A stretch of 64,000 nucleotides of DNA from Tubiluchus corallicola (taxonomy: Eukaryota > Animalia > Priapulida), in the NCBI GenBank assembly GCA_030141605.1, contig JAQGDQ010000239.1:278758-342757 (forward strand), read 5' to 3'. Shown in pieces: positions 26,164 through 38,520 of this stretch. The stretch's first letter is position 1; each line of letters opens with the position of its first letter. A program made the translations under genes and the position numbers. The notes under the pieces are model-generated. The model saw only the letters and a list, made by a program, of their open reading frames with translations. It did no database searches and was not told the origin of the DNA.

Positions 26164-27900
26164 ATGGCAGAATCTGCAGAAGAAAAAATTGTACTTACTC
26201 CTAAGAAAAAGAGTAAGCTTTCTACTACTCTTCTCATGCAAAGGGTGAAGAAACAAACTGATGAAAGTAAAGTGCTTCATGTTGCTGGTGGTGCTCATAA
26301 AGGCATTGTAATTAACAAGGATGTGAACCAAGATGCACTGCTGGAAGCTGATCCACCTCACCTTGTTCTGCAGTTCAAAGTGTATTTGCAAGATGCAGCT
26401 AGATCAGATACATTGCTTACCAAAGAAAGCAGAATACTTCGGTTTTGGTATAAAGATGGTGTCAGTCAGGATGAAAGGATGAAAGATGCTCATGAATTTT
26501 TTAAGGAACTTGTTAGGCCAAATGACTTTCCTAGAGATTATGTGGGTTTCATCAAGAAAATAATGAAGATGATGCAGTTGAAATTTATGGATCCCTACAA
26601 AATTGAAGTAGAAATGACACAACAAGAAGAATTGGTAGAAGCCCCTGTAAGCCCTAGAGAAGAGAAGGATGATTTCAATTTCATGCAAATTGCTTCTGAG
26701 GACAGATTACTTGAGCTAATTGAACTTGCTTATCCAAATGCATTGTCAATTGCAGATCTTCAGCAGAATGTCACTGGATCTGAGGATGAAATTACGGAAA
26801 TGTTGCAGAATTTGGAAAGAAAGAATCTCATTAAACAGATGGATAATTTGACATGGATGCGTGTGGTAAAATTTGATGCTGATGTGAAAATGGTCAAACA
26901 AATGCCTAAAGTGGCCCAGATAGAACAACCTACCATAGCTATCATAACTGCTTTATATCCAGAAAAGGTAGCTGTTGATGCAATGATTGAAAATCAACAA
27001 ACTTTTGTACGCTATAAAACCGAAGGAGAAGCAAACGTTTACACCTTGGGTGACATTGGTTCTCATAGAGTTGTCTGCACAAAGTTACCTTCAGTAGGTC
27101 ATACACGGTCAGCCATGATAGCTGCAGGCAATACTACTACAAGGCTTCTGGGAACATTCCAAAAAATAGAATACGTGTTCCTGGTAGGAGTAGGCGGTGG
27201 TGTGCCACATTACACTGACTATAAAAAACATATTAGACTGGGTGATGTTGTTGTTTCTGCTCCAGAATTTGCCAACAGCCCAATGTATATTTATTGCGAA
27301 GAGCGAAGAGAAAATGAACATACAGGAAACATTGAATGGGATACAAAAACTTGGTGTCCTGCTGATTTATGCATTCAGACTATTGCAGCAAACCTTGTGC
27401 GGGATTATGAGAGCAATCCTGCTGATGCTCCTTGGAATGCTTACCTATGCGATGGTATCAATAAGTTGAAGTCGGAAGAAGCTAGCTTTGACAGGCCCAG
27501 TGTAGATCTTGATCGGCTTTTTATGAATGTAGGCAGCAATAACCTGATCGAGGTTTCACATCCAGAAGCTCCTGATGATGTGTATGATGCACGCAAGGCA
27601 GGCATTCCTGTCATTCACTTTGGTCGTGTCGTCTCTGGTAATGCTGTTGTCAAAGAGGAACGAATGAGGCAGGCATTTGCTGTTACAGCCGGTGTAGCAG
27701 CATATGATCAAGATTTTGATGCTGTTACTGAGTCTGTCTATGGCAGCAGAATCGACTGTTATGCATTTATAAGAGGAATAGCTGATTATGTTAATGGTAC
27801 AAAGGGAAAAGAGTGGCAGCCATATGCAGCATTGGCTGCCGCTGCATTTATGAAAGAGATCATTTTGCGACTTCCGCGACCTTCTCTCAGTGAAGATTAA
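26164..27900 (+). CDS. 578-aa protein: uncharacterised N-domain, winged helix, and purine nucleoside phosphorylase/nucleosidase (PNP_UDP_1-like) domain; intronless CDS
   Basis: Uninterrupted ORF with Kozak GTCATGG and an upstream splice acceptor at 26103-26104. PNP motifs: IAIITALYPEK, NVYTLGDIGSHRVV, FLVGVGGGVP, IRLGDVVVS, IHFGRVVSGNAVVK, IRGIADY, WQPYAALAAAAFMKE. wHTH-like segment EDRLLELIELAYPNALSIADL...LERKNLIKQMDNLTWMRV at about 26692-26865. Confidence 0.9.
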   Translation: MAESAEEKIVLTPKKKSKLSTTLLMQRVKKQTDESKVLHVAGGAHKGIVINKDVNQDALLEADPPHLVLQFKVYLQDAARSDTLLTKESRILRFWYKDGVSQDERMKDAHEFFKELVRPNDFPRDYVGFIKKIMKMMQLKFMDPYKIEVEMTQQEELVEAPVSPREEKDDFNFMQIASEDRLLELIELAYPNALSIADLQQNVTGSEDEITEMLQNLERKNLIKQMDNLTWMRVVKFDADVKMVKQMPKVAQIEQPTIAIITALYPEKVAVDAMIENQQTFVRYKTEGEANVYTLGDIGSHRVVCTKLPSVGHTRSAMIAAGNTTTRLLGTFQKIEYVFLVGVGGGVPHYTDYKKHIRLGDVVVSAPEFANSPMYIYCEERRENEHTGNIEWDTKTWCPADLCIQTIAANLVRDYESNPADAPWNAYLCDGINKLKSEEASFDRPSVDLDRLFMNVGSNNLIEVSHPEAPDDVYDARKAGIPVIHFGRVVSGNAVVKEERMRQAFAVTAGVAAYDQDFDAVTESVYGSRIDCYAFIRGIADYVNGTKGKEWQPYAALAAAAFMKEIILRLPRPSLSED

Positions 27901-30900
27901 TTAGATCTGATTTTAATTTCTTAATCTTTGATTATACGTGAACTCATGAATTATTTTCAATGGTAATTAAGTTTTTTGTTTTTTTAGTCAACTTCAACAC
28001 TATTCCCAATCTCAAACAAAGTATATTAGGCATTGCAGCATTGTGGACTTGTACCAATCTGCTTTTCTACCCATCTTCTGTCTTTCTGTGTTCATTGCTT
28101 GTGACATTCTAGGCACTACGGCACCTAGAACATCAAAAATGAAAATATTGTTATAATTCTATGAGAGCAAGCACTAACTGCTACATTTGTTAGATTACGG
28201 CAGCTACTATGTTAATGTTCAAGAACAGCCAGCTGTGGGAAGAGGAGGGAAGGGAGGTACGTCTCGGGTTGCATTTTTCATCGGCTGCACATTGATCAAG
28301 TGCACTGAAAAAGTTGATTTTGTCGGAGCGGTAGAAAGGCAAAACACCCAAGAAATTTAATTTCCATGACATTGACAACACAATGCTTCCTGTCGAGTGC
28401 AACAAAGCAACAGTGCATCAACAAAGATGATAATTAGTGATTTAGTATATTGTAATATTTGTAACATAGTTTGTTGTTGCTTTCAAAGTTTGTGTGCAGT
28501 ACACGTTTTGAGAACTACGAAAAACATTAAATTTTATAATCAGGCTCTTTCCTTCATTAACATTTGAAGAAGCCTTTGAGCATTGTAACTTTTGAAGCAT
28601 ATAGGGTGAATTTATTTTTTCACAAACAGATTTTTTTAGCACAGTATGACCTATTAATTATCAAAATTATCCGGACCAACATATCTGGACTAGATAACAA
28701 AAATTGAAATTTGTAGCTTTTATCTATGTTAACCGTTAACCTTATTACTAACAAACTTTAATACTGATGCAAAGTGTCTTGAGGTGTTCTTATGCTCACC
28801 TTTCTGTTGCTTTGTTGAAGAAAATTAACTTTTCTGAAGAAAAATTAATTAAAAGGCGCCCTAATTATGGTATGTGCATCAATTGTAACGTGAACTACAC
28901 TAGCGTGAATAACGGCAGGCAGAGATCCGCAGACTTTATACAGTAACTGGGTCTGCAACACAGTGGGGATCTATAACGAAGTAGTTTCCGAAACTGAAAT
29001 GCTGAGTTCATTTAATGAGATCATTTAGTACAGTGAGGGTTTCTTGGGCATGGAGCTAGACATTCCAATTTGTTGGGGGACTCCCGATTTTAATGGTAAC
29101 CACGTTTTCACCCAATTTTGAAATATTTTACCTGATTTTCCACCAATTGTTAATTTAATCTTAACATCTCACAAAAATACGATTGCAGTGGGATAGAAGA
29201 CACCTTTGCCTGAAATAAAATCGCTCATTTTGCCTGCTAAACAATGCAAAAAAATCGCTTGGGAATGCAATTCGTAGAATAGGGGTGTGGGCTGCACTTA
29301 GCTGCCTTGATGATACTAACAATGCAGATTAAAAACTTAATAAATAGCCTTTAGCTAATAAGGCCATTAAAGTGGAAACTTTCAATAGTTTGAGATTCAA
29401 TATTAATTTGTAATATGCCAAAGCCTTTGATAAATTAATATTGGAGGACCTTGATTAAACAAAGCCATCTAACATGATCTGATTATCTGGACTTTCTCAA
29501 TTATTCATATTTTTTCGATCTCAGAACCGTACTGTAAGATAAACGAGTCCTACTTGTACTTTTTTACTTTATCAATTTATTTCCATAACTTATTGCAATT
29601 GCCAAATCTAAAGTTTTCCTACATGATGATTTTCATTATCAAACTTAAATGCCACTCTGGGCATCACAAGCTCTTGCTGCATGTACCACTGACTAGTTGT
29701 TAACTCATCATTCTCTGAAATTTTACTGTAGATTTGCATACATTATGCAAGAAAGTTTATTGAACCAGTTTAATGAGATTAAAAACATCAGCAACACATA
29801 AGTTTCAACTTGGGACACCACTTAGGAACTTTATGATATTTGTTTTCATGAGACTGTGTAAATTGCATGTCTAGTTATAATTCCACTAGTTAATAAATAG
29901 TAGATAAGTGATTGTAGTTTTCTTTAGAAATAATTTTATTTATTTGGCATACATTTACATATAGAATAGAACTATATTGTACAATGTGATACCAGATAAT
30001 TTAAAGATTATCTTTGCAGTTGTGTTACATGTACATATATTTTCGTTTATAATTTGCATAGAGCTGGTTATTAGATCTACACATACTTTGTAATTGACTC
30101 TTCAGGTGACTGCTCTAGTAATATATGCAGATCGATGTCTTATATTTTAGAATTATAGACCATTTTATTTAAATAATTTTAGCCTCACTTTGTAGAAAAT
30201 CTGTAGTGGTGCACATTTCTTAATTGTCATAACAATAATAATTATTATTATGTTTTTTTCACGGTGTCTGTCTTGTCCTGTAGCAATACATATGTAACGT
30301 CACACTTGATATTTCTAGATCACTTGTTATAGACCTTTTCATTCCAGGACCGCCGTGAATGCTGCTGTTTTCAAGTCTTTCCACAAAACATAAATTATAA
30401 TGCCCGGTACGAATCTACTGAGATTATAGACAGAGCTCGCAAACATTAATATTTGTGTGTGTTAAGATTTTTGCATGTTATTTTAGTGACTACTATATTT
30501 TGGTTGTGTGGTATAAAAATACTACTTAGTTAATGTTGATATTTTAATGGGCTTCCATATTATTTGTCTTTAACATAATTTCTTTTTCTGTAAAAGCATG
30601 ATATAATAGGTACTCAGTTTTATGTTTTAATCTTTGTCAGCAAAGTACATGTACCAATTTATGGATGCTGCATGTTAGCTAGCTATTTGAATTAGCATGA
30701 TTGATTGCACTATTTCACTATAAGTTTTAGTCATTTTTAAAAACAAGAACATAATACTCCAACAGTGTGAGTTTTTGGAAAGAGTTCTTTGTCTATTAAA
30801 CTTTGATAATAATTATACAGCATTTTGCAGTTTAGCACAGTAGTACCATTAGGCTAGCACAAGTTTGCAGGTTCTGTAAAGTGTGTACAAGTGCTACATC

Positions 30901-33900
30901 GCTTTTTAATTCATAAATTGCCATTGTTTGTTTACATGTACTTTTGAAATTGTTAGTCTAGCTATACATATGTAATTACTTTAGTTTGTGCCATTGTGGT
31001 TGTGTAGTTTACAATATTTAGTATGTTTGTACCAGAAATGTTTGAGAAGCAGGCTTCATGCTTCATTTTGTGACCACTTGGTTGTTAAAATGCTGGGATG
31101 TGACTTGTATTTCACCTCGATTGTTTCATTGTCTTTAAATTATCTTTTTTTGCGATATTGGACAGCCACTAAATTAAATGTGTACATAGTACAAATCTTT
31201 TACGGTATATTGTGTACTGCACACGTATAGTAATACAATTATACGATTATTATTTTACTTTAGTATGTAACTTGTTGAGTTATTTAGCAGTTGTTTAGTT
31301 TAACTTCCTTATCCCTGAGAGTGAGAGTAAACTAGTTTAATAAACTGATGTAGGCTGACAAAATCCAGATTTTATTTCATCCTTTTCGTAATTTCAGACA
31401 GCCATTATTGCCAGAGTTTGTGAATGTTTAGTATGTGTTTATGTTACTAGATTGGAGTATAGAGTAATGTGGGACCAGGTTGTTTTTTGTAACGAGACTA
31501 TGTTTCAAATCTGGTCTTAATATTATGGAATGTAAATGCTTTGAAGAGCACATGTTGATAGACAGTTTATAAGCATCAGCCACATTATCTGTTTGACTTG
31601 TAGTTTAGAGAAATGCTTAGAGTGATTACTGATAAGAATTTGTCACATAATTATAAAAAAAGTATATTTGGCAAGCTGGAAGTTAGCAGCTTATAGCTTT
31701 GGTGAGGCTAGCTAGGAAATTTATAGTATCTGGTTTAAGAAATCAACAAGAATACAGAATGTTTTGCTTTTTTTATTTTAAAAAAATGTGATACTGACGT
31801 GATAATGGTATTTTAATGTCACCAAGAATTTTTAAATTGAATAAAGTTCTTTTCATTTGTAGAGTGGCTTCTCTTGCTACAGCTCAAATGGAATGGTGCT
31901 ATTGAGTTTGGTTATTGTGTATGCATTTTTTTAATGTTGTAATGTTACTTTTCGTAGAAAAAAACGGCCTATCTATTAGTCCATTTTCTATGTGTACATT
32001 GGTAATATGTGAGATACCACGCTACAGTAAGGAAAGAATACTGCTTTCAATTTGTTTTGCGGGTATATTTTTCAAAATTTAAATCCACCTTAGATTGTAA
32101 AACTGCTTTACCTGTCTTCTGGACGGGAGCATTAACGTTATTTTGTGTAATGGTAGCAGAGGGAGAGAGAAAAGGAGAGATGTAACGGGTATTGATTGGG
32201 CATTAATTTTTATTATCAGCGTATCAATATTAAATTATGTAGTACCTGTGCTGCTTTGCTTTACAGTTTACTCAAGGTCGCTCACAACTGTCCCTAGGCA
32301 TTTATGTTAATGTTTGCTGATAACATTAGTTAATTGCTGGATTATTGCTCACTTGTGTATTATAATATATGATCGTAGCAATTAAATATTTTATTCCTTA
32401 TTAAACAAATAATTATTGATTTACCGTATTACTTATGTAGTATTACCCTCTATAAAACCTAGGTTTTCCTTGCTAATTTTAAAACTGAAGCTAGTATTAA
32501 ATATATATATATATATACTATGCTTGATTATTTATTTTACATTTTAGATTATGGAATTAGTTAGAATGTATGAAGTAAGAGTATGTGCATTTGGGGACAT
32601 TAGACATAACTAAATTATTGTTTTTAAAATTTTTGAGTATAGACTTATCTAAAAACAAAAAGGACAAAAAGCTTGTGTGTCTTGAGCTTTACGTACAAAT
32701 ATTTACGAGTATATGTATAATTTACTAAACTGCAGTGCTGTTGTAATTAAAAGCTGCATACACCCTTTTTGCTACAAAGTGGCGTGCAGGTAGACGCTCA
32801 GTATGAAAGTTAGTACTGAATAGGTGTATAATCCACTATTAACGTGTGTAGCAAAATAAAAATTTTATCGGCGTAACTGAAATATATTGAGCTGGTTTCA
32901 GTAAGTGTTATTAAACTTGACTTATTGAAAGTTTAAAAGTTAACTGGTATTTTTGAAACTTAACTGTGGTGCCGCCAACAAACATTTGTCTTTGTATATG
33001 AGACTGCTTGTAAGAGAATTTTACTTAAGATAATCCTTTTTTGCATGCCGAGGATCTTTATTAATTCTAACAAATTTTTTATTTACCTATAGTTATCACT
33101 TTTTCTGATCGCTGTGTTATTTTGTTAAATGTGCTCTGCGTCTGACTTTACAGTTTTTGACTCCTGTCGTGCATATAAGCATTGTTTTAATTTTCCTGCA
33201 TATGTAGCAATAAACGCACGTTTTTAATGATAATTATCTTTTAGTTATAAAGGTGCATTTTTTCATATTACTCACGTTCATCTTACTTCCAAAGACGATT
33301 TAATAACAACTTTAACTATGCGTAGCACAACGCACAAAATTAATAATGTAATTTTGGGTATGAAAAATCGGGGTTAGAAATATCAGCTGTTGTAATTGAT
33401 GATTATTATTTTACGTTAAGCAAATAATTGAAACAATATTACATAACAATATAACAATGTTGATTAATTTACGTGATATGAATTCAATGATGTTATTCTC
33501 GATTAATTTTGTTTCAAAGACAAGCAATTATTGATCATTGTCATATAAGTTCATTCGTCTAAATTTAATAAAGAATTCAATATACAAATAAAAAAAATAA
33601 ATAGTACTGTAGTAAAACAAACAAATGTGCGCATGACAAACTGCACAAAAACGAACTTATGCAGCATTTTCCAATGGATTAGCCCAGTTATCAATGACAT
33701 TGTTAAAGACCAAAGATGGCAAAAATTATTAAAGTTTACTAAAGTTTTACCAATTTATTAATAAATTTAGCAAAATTTAATATATAAGCCTTGAAACCAC
33801 ATATTGTAAGTACACTGTGCCAAAGCACCTCATCGACTGGCAAGAAAAAAACGTATGTTGCTACAAAATTCGTGCTTCTTTTAAAATAGTGAAAACTAAA

Positions 33901-34869
33901 TCAGCACACGTGCTATGTCACTGTCATTGCCTAATTAAAATTTTATAGTAGTGTCTGGATCATTTAATTCTATACAGGGCAGGCCAACAAATTTTTTTGA
34001 AGCTGCTTGCGAATAGAACGCATCTAAAATTCTGTGATCTCACCACTGTCGTTAGATGATACACTATATCTATGATGAAGCCCGCATCCATGGCAGATTT
34101 ACGTAATGAATATAAAAGAAAAAAATTTCGCTACAGATGGCAGCATCATCACTATTTTAATGCCGTTATCCTGTTATGGTAAATTTAGTTGTTTTTCATT
34201 TTTCTGCTGTAGTGCTATTTTGCATTTAATTACTTAGCGATATCTATGTTAGCTGAGTTTATACTAACACTATTGTCCCGGCGTTTCTATATACGAAATC
34301 GTTTAGTTTTAAGCTTTATCTTACGAACCCGACTTTTGGAGTAAAAAATTGATGATCATGCTTACACTTATTTTTAATAACAACAGTTCAACACATTCTT
34401 CTGATTTAGAACCAAATGATCTGCTACAAAGTATTAGTACAAACCATCCATAAACACAAGTTAAGTTGGTCATTTCATCAAGTATTGTGCCAAAGTCCAA
34501 AGATTCCACAAACATCTCAAGTAATTTTTTTCAATTCAATTTCAATTTATTTTATCTCTTTATAGTGTTACAATAAAACATGATTAATAAAAGAATCTCT
34601 AATAAGTTTTGAAGAATGGTTAAAATGTATAGATAGATCTAGAACTAGAGAAAGTAGCTGATAGTGGAACAAGGCAGGCTTTAGCCAACAGCACATCAAG
34701 TGCCAGGAGAGTTGCAAGGGCCTGGAATGGAGTAACCACTGCAAAATACAATATCTTCATCATCAAGTTCAAAATAGTAATGTAAATATTGTAAAAAGAG
34801 TTGACTCATCTATTAACCACAGTTTTGAAATTTCATGCCATAATATTAATACTTCCAATTTAACTGGAC

Positions 34870-37800
34870 CAACGTGTGACTGCACAATTCATTAAGTAAC
34901 GAGTAGCTTTGAAAACACCAAATGTAACCTGCATAGTAGAAGTTAAACTAAAAAATTCTTCATTTCATATAACACCTGAGTATTTCAACCTTCCTAGTTA
35001 TTACATGCCATTTGTTGACACAGATCACTGGAATGCAGGACATGGTGTAATAATTTTTGTCAGGGATACAGTGAGTGATGCAGATCTTTTCAATAATTAT
35101 AATTTCAATGAAAGTGTTTCGATTCAACTAACGACTTTTAGATCTAATAAATATTACAGGATGCATTTATAGGAGTGTGTCTTCGACTGCAGACAACAAT
35201 CAATTAGTTCTAAACGTGTTTGATGACATGTCGTACTGTAAGAATACCAAAATAATTATTGTAGCAGGCTTCAATATGACACAACTCACTGCTACCCACT
35301 GGAGCAACATAGCTAAGCGCGACCTGAGTTACACACTTTTAGAAGCTCAATTCATGGATACTGTATGCAAAAATCTACTATACCAACATGTTACTGTTAA
35401 CACTCGTTACGGTCATGGGCAAAATCCCAGCTGCTTGGATTTAAGTTTTACAAATTAATGTAATGTAATTTGTGATGTAAACATTAAGGAACCACTTGGA
35501 AAAATTGACCATAACTTCTCTTAAATTTGACATATTTGCCGATTTTTTTGCCAAAACAAAAGCTCATTTTTCTTGAAAGAATTTTTTTAAAGCAAACTAC
35601 AACCAATTGAATAACACATTCCTACAGTCAAATTGGCAGGAAGCATTAACATATAAGCCTACCCAACAAGCCTGGTACTACTTCTTTTTCAAATTTACGG
35701 AAACACTGAACCAGTTTACACCTGTTACTATGTTGAGTAAAACTGTTAAACTTAAACCAGCCTGGATGACAAAAGAAGCTCTTCAAGCTATAAAATCCAA
35801 ATGTGCTAGATTGAGATTATACTGTGTTAGGCAAGATCTTATTAGTTTCAACTTATACGCTTGACAAAGAAATTCTACCACTCGAACTGTAAGGAAAGCA
35901 AAGAAAAATTATGAAAAACGACTAGTAATGTTAATAAAATGCCATTCCAAATGCTTTTGGGTGTATGTCAACGACAATTTAAAGAAACACGATAAGGTCC
36001 CTCCATTAAAGGAAAATGGAAAGGAAGTTGCTGATGATGCATGTAAGGCTGAACTACTTAACGAATATTTCGTTAGTGTTTTCCAGGAGAAGATGATCGA
36101 CCTGTACGAACTCGTACGAACGCAGATCAACACTTTGCATTACTGAAGAGAATGTATCCAAAGCCCTAACTGTGATCGCAAACCTGATTCATCCATGGGA
36201 CCAGATGGTATTCACCCATTTGCCATAAAACAATTAGTAGCAAGTTTAAAAGCACCATTAGTATGTATTTTTAAAAAATCAATTAATGAGGGCAAATTAC
36301 CACACATTGGCGCTGGCAGGCAGATGCACTGAGGCAGGTGCATCCTCAGAATTTCTTAAGAAACATTTTTATGGCTAAATAAAGTTTTTTACCAGTAAAC
36401 TAAGAAACATACCAACCACTTGTTTGTTTGTGCAGTCCCCGAGCAGTAAGCTCATTTACATGGTGAAGTTATGTTTATGTATATTACATAACGTCGATTC
36501 TCTTATTGATTTCCGTTGTCTGGACAGTTTTTAGCTAACTGCAACTGTATTTTTGCATTTAGGGGGTTGGCCCCCTTTCACGGCAGTAGTGAAATTATGA
36601 GTCACGAGTCTGAGGTGAACTAACCTGAGGAAATAGCTTCTAGCAACTGCAAAATGGTCTATAATGCAGTAAAATTGCATTTAGCTGTGACCAGTGGGAA
36701 AAATGAGCACATAAGCAAACATATTAAATTTTGCATGAACAGTGTTTGCATTACTGGTTGGGCTGGGCTGTAAACTGGGTTTAGTGGGTGGGCTGTAAAC
36801 TTAACAGTCTCAAATTAGTTGTGCTTGACTATCAACATTTTGCTGGATAGATAATCTTGACACTACAATAGAATACAGGGAATATTACCTAGATAAATGT
36901 AGGTAAAATACATTTATTAAAGCAGAATTGTTCACGTTTGAGGAAGTCTATGTACCAGAATTTAGATCTCATTTGAGGCCTCCAAAATGTGCTTAAATAT
37001 AGGAAAAAGCTTACAGCGCTCCCCCAGAACCCCCCCCCCCCCAGCTGCTTGTGCATAAAATTTTTTAACCTTTGGCGGCGCCCATATTACCGCAAGCATG
37101 GAAGAATTCAATTGTGTCTCCGATTTTTTGTTCAAGAAAGGGGAACGTGAACTAAAAACCGAATACAGACCGATAAGCTTGACATCAATTATATGTAAGC
37201 TTCTTGAGAAAGTAATAAGAAATGCTATTTACGACCTTCTCATTGTCAATAGGCTTATTACTGTCTCTCAATATGGATTCATAAAAGGAAGTTCAGGACT
37301 GCATTTTGAACCTACTTGAGTCTTTAAATGACTGGCAAGAAGTCTAGATGAAGGGTCTTCTGTTGACAATATTTTACAATTTGCAGAAGGCTTTCCATAA
37401 AGTTCCACATAGAAAACTCATGTTAAAACTTGCCGCACATGGGATCTCTGGCAACTTCTACCACTGGATAGAAGACTTTCTTAAAGACCGCTGTCAATGC
37501 GTTCAATTCTGAGAAATCTTCATGGAGCTGAGTGCCACAGGGAAATGTATTAGAGCCTATACTATTCCTTATGTTCATCAACGACCTACCAGACAACTTA
37601 AATTCATCAGTGAAAATATTTGCCGATGATACAAAAATCTACAGGATATTGAAGTCAAATATTGACTACCATAGACTGCAAAATGATATTAACTTATTAG
37701 ACTCGTGGTCACAAACGTGGCAAATGCCTTTCAACATGGAGAGTGTAAGGTTCTACATCTAGGGAAAGACAATGTAACTCATGGCTACTATATGCGCAGC

Positions 37801-38058
37801 GATACAAATCAGTCTATTCCAATAATAGTAGTAACAAAACTGAAATACTTGGGTGTTTTAATTGACCAGTCTCTCACGTTTGATGAACACATTGACGAAA
37901 TATCCATAAGAGCTGGGAAACGATTATGGATGATAAGACGCTCTTTCACCTATGTGGACACTGACATGATGGCTATTTTATACAAAACATTCATAAGACC
38001 AATATCAGACTACAGTATGATATACGTACACATAAAGACAGTGTCTGGAATTGTCTAG
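34870..38058 (+). mobile_element. Decayed CR1/L2-group LINE (APE endonuclease and reverse transcriptase), frameshifted
   Basis: Endonuclease fragments (GHGVIIFVR, IIIVAGFN, PSCLDLSFTN) and RT motifs (YRPISLTSIICKLLEKVI, PQGNVLEPILFLMFINDLP, VKIFADDTKIY, KYLGVLIDQSLTFDEHI) spread over several short ORFs. Confidence 0.92.
36305..37086. mobile_element. Non-autonomous hAT-type element nested in the LINE
   Basis: Ends CATTGGCGC.. / ..GGCGGCGCCCATA with an 8-bp TSD TTACCACA / TTACCGCA. Removing it restores the LINE reading GKLPQAWK. Confidence 0.8.
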
Positions 38059-38239
38059 GGCAAGTCTATGAGTATGACTATAAATTACCGTAGATTACCA
38101 TAGATCGACAGGGCGAAGCCTGAGTAGGCTTTTCGCCCATTGTTGTCTCTCTTGTTAAATCTCTGTTAATTGTTTTATCGCACATTTTCTCTCTCGCATC
38201 ATACATTTATGTTATCTCTGTAAAGTTGTCTCAAAGTGC

Positions 38240-38520
38240 CGCCTAGCGGCAGTTGTCATGGTATGGTGAGGAAGGAAGGTCAGTGGTGGTATGGCAAACG
38301 GCTCATATGTGTTGGTTTATGATAAACTGAAATGGTGTTGCAGAGGGGTTGTATTTTAAAAAAACATTTAGAGTCCACTCAGGCTGGAACGGATCATGGA
38401 ACTTCATTGGATGGTTGTCGCAATTTGTCTAGTTTCTTCTTTAATTGACCTGCTGATGTGGTGCTCCATATCGATGTGGTGAGGGAATTCCAATCATTTA
38501 CCACTCTAAGAAATAAAACT
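38240..38520 (-). mobile_element. CR1-like LINE 3' end in opposite orientation
   Basis: Minus strand reads FLRVVNDWNSL...LKKKLDK, the typical CR1 ORF2 C-terminus, followed by UTR-like sequence. Confidence 0.65.
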
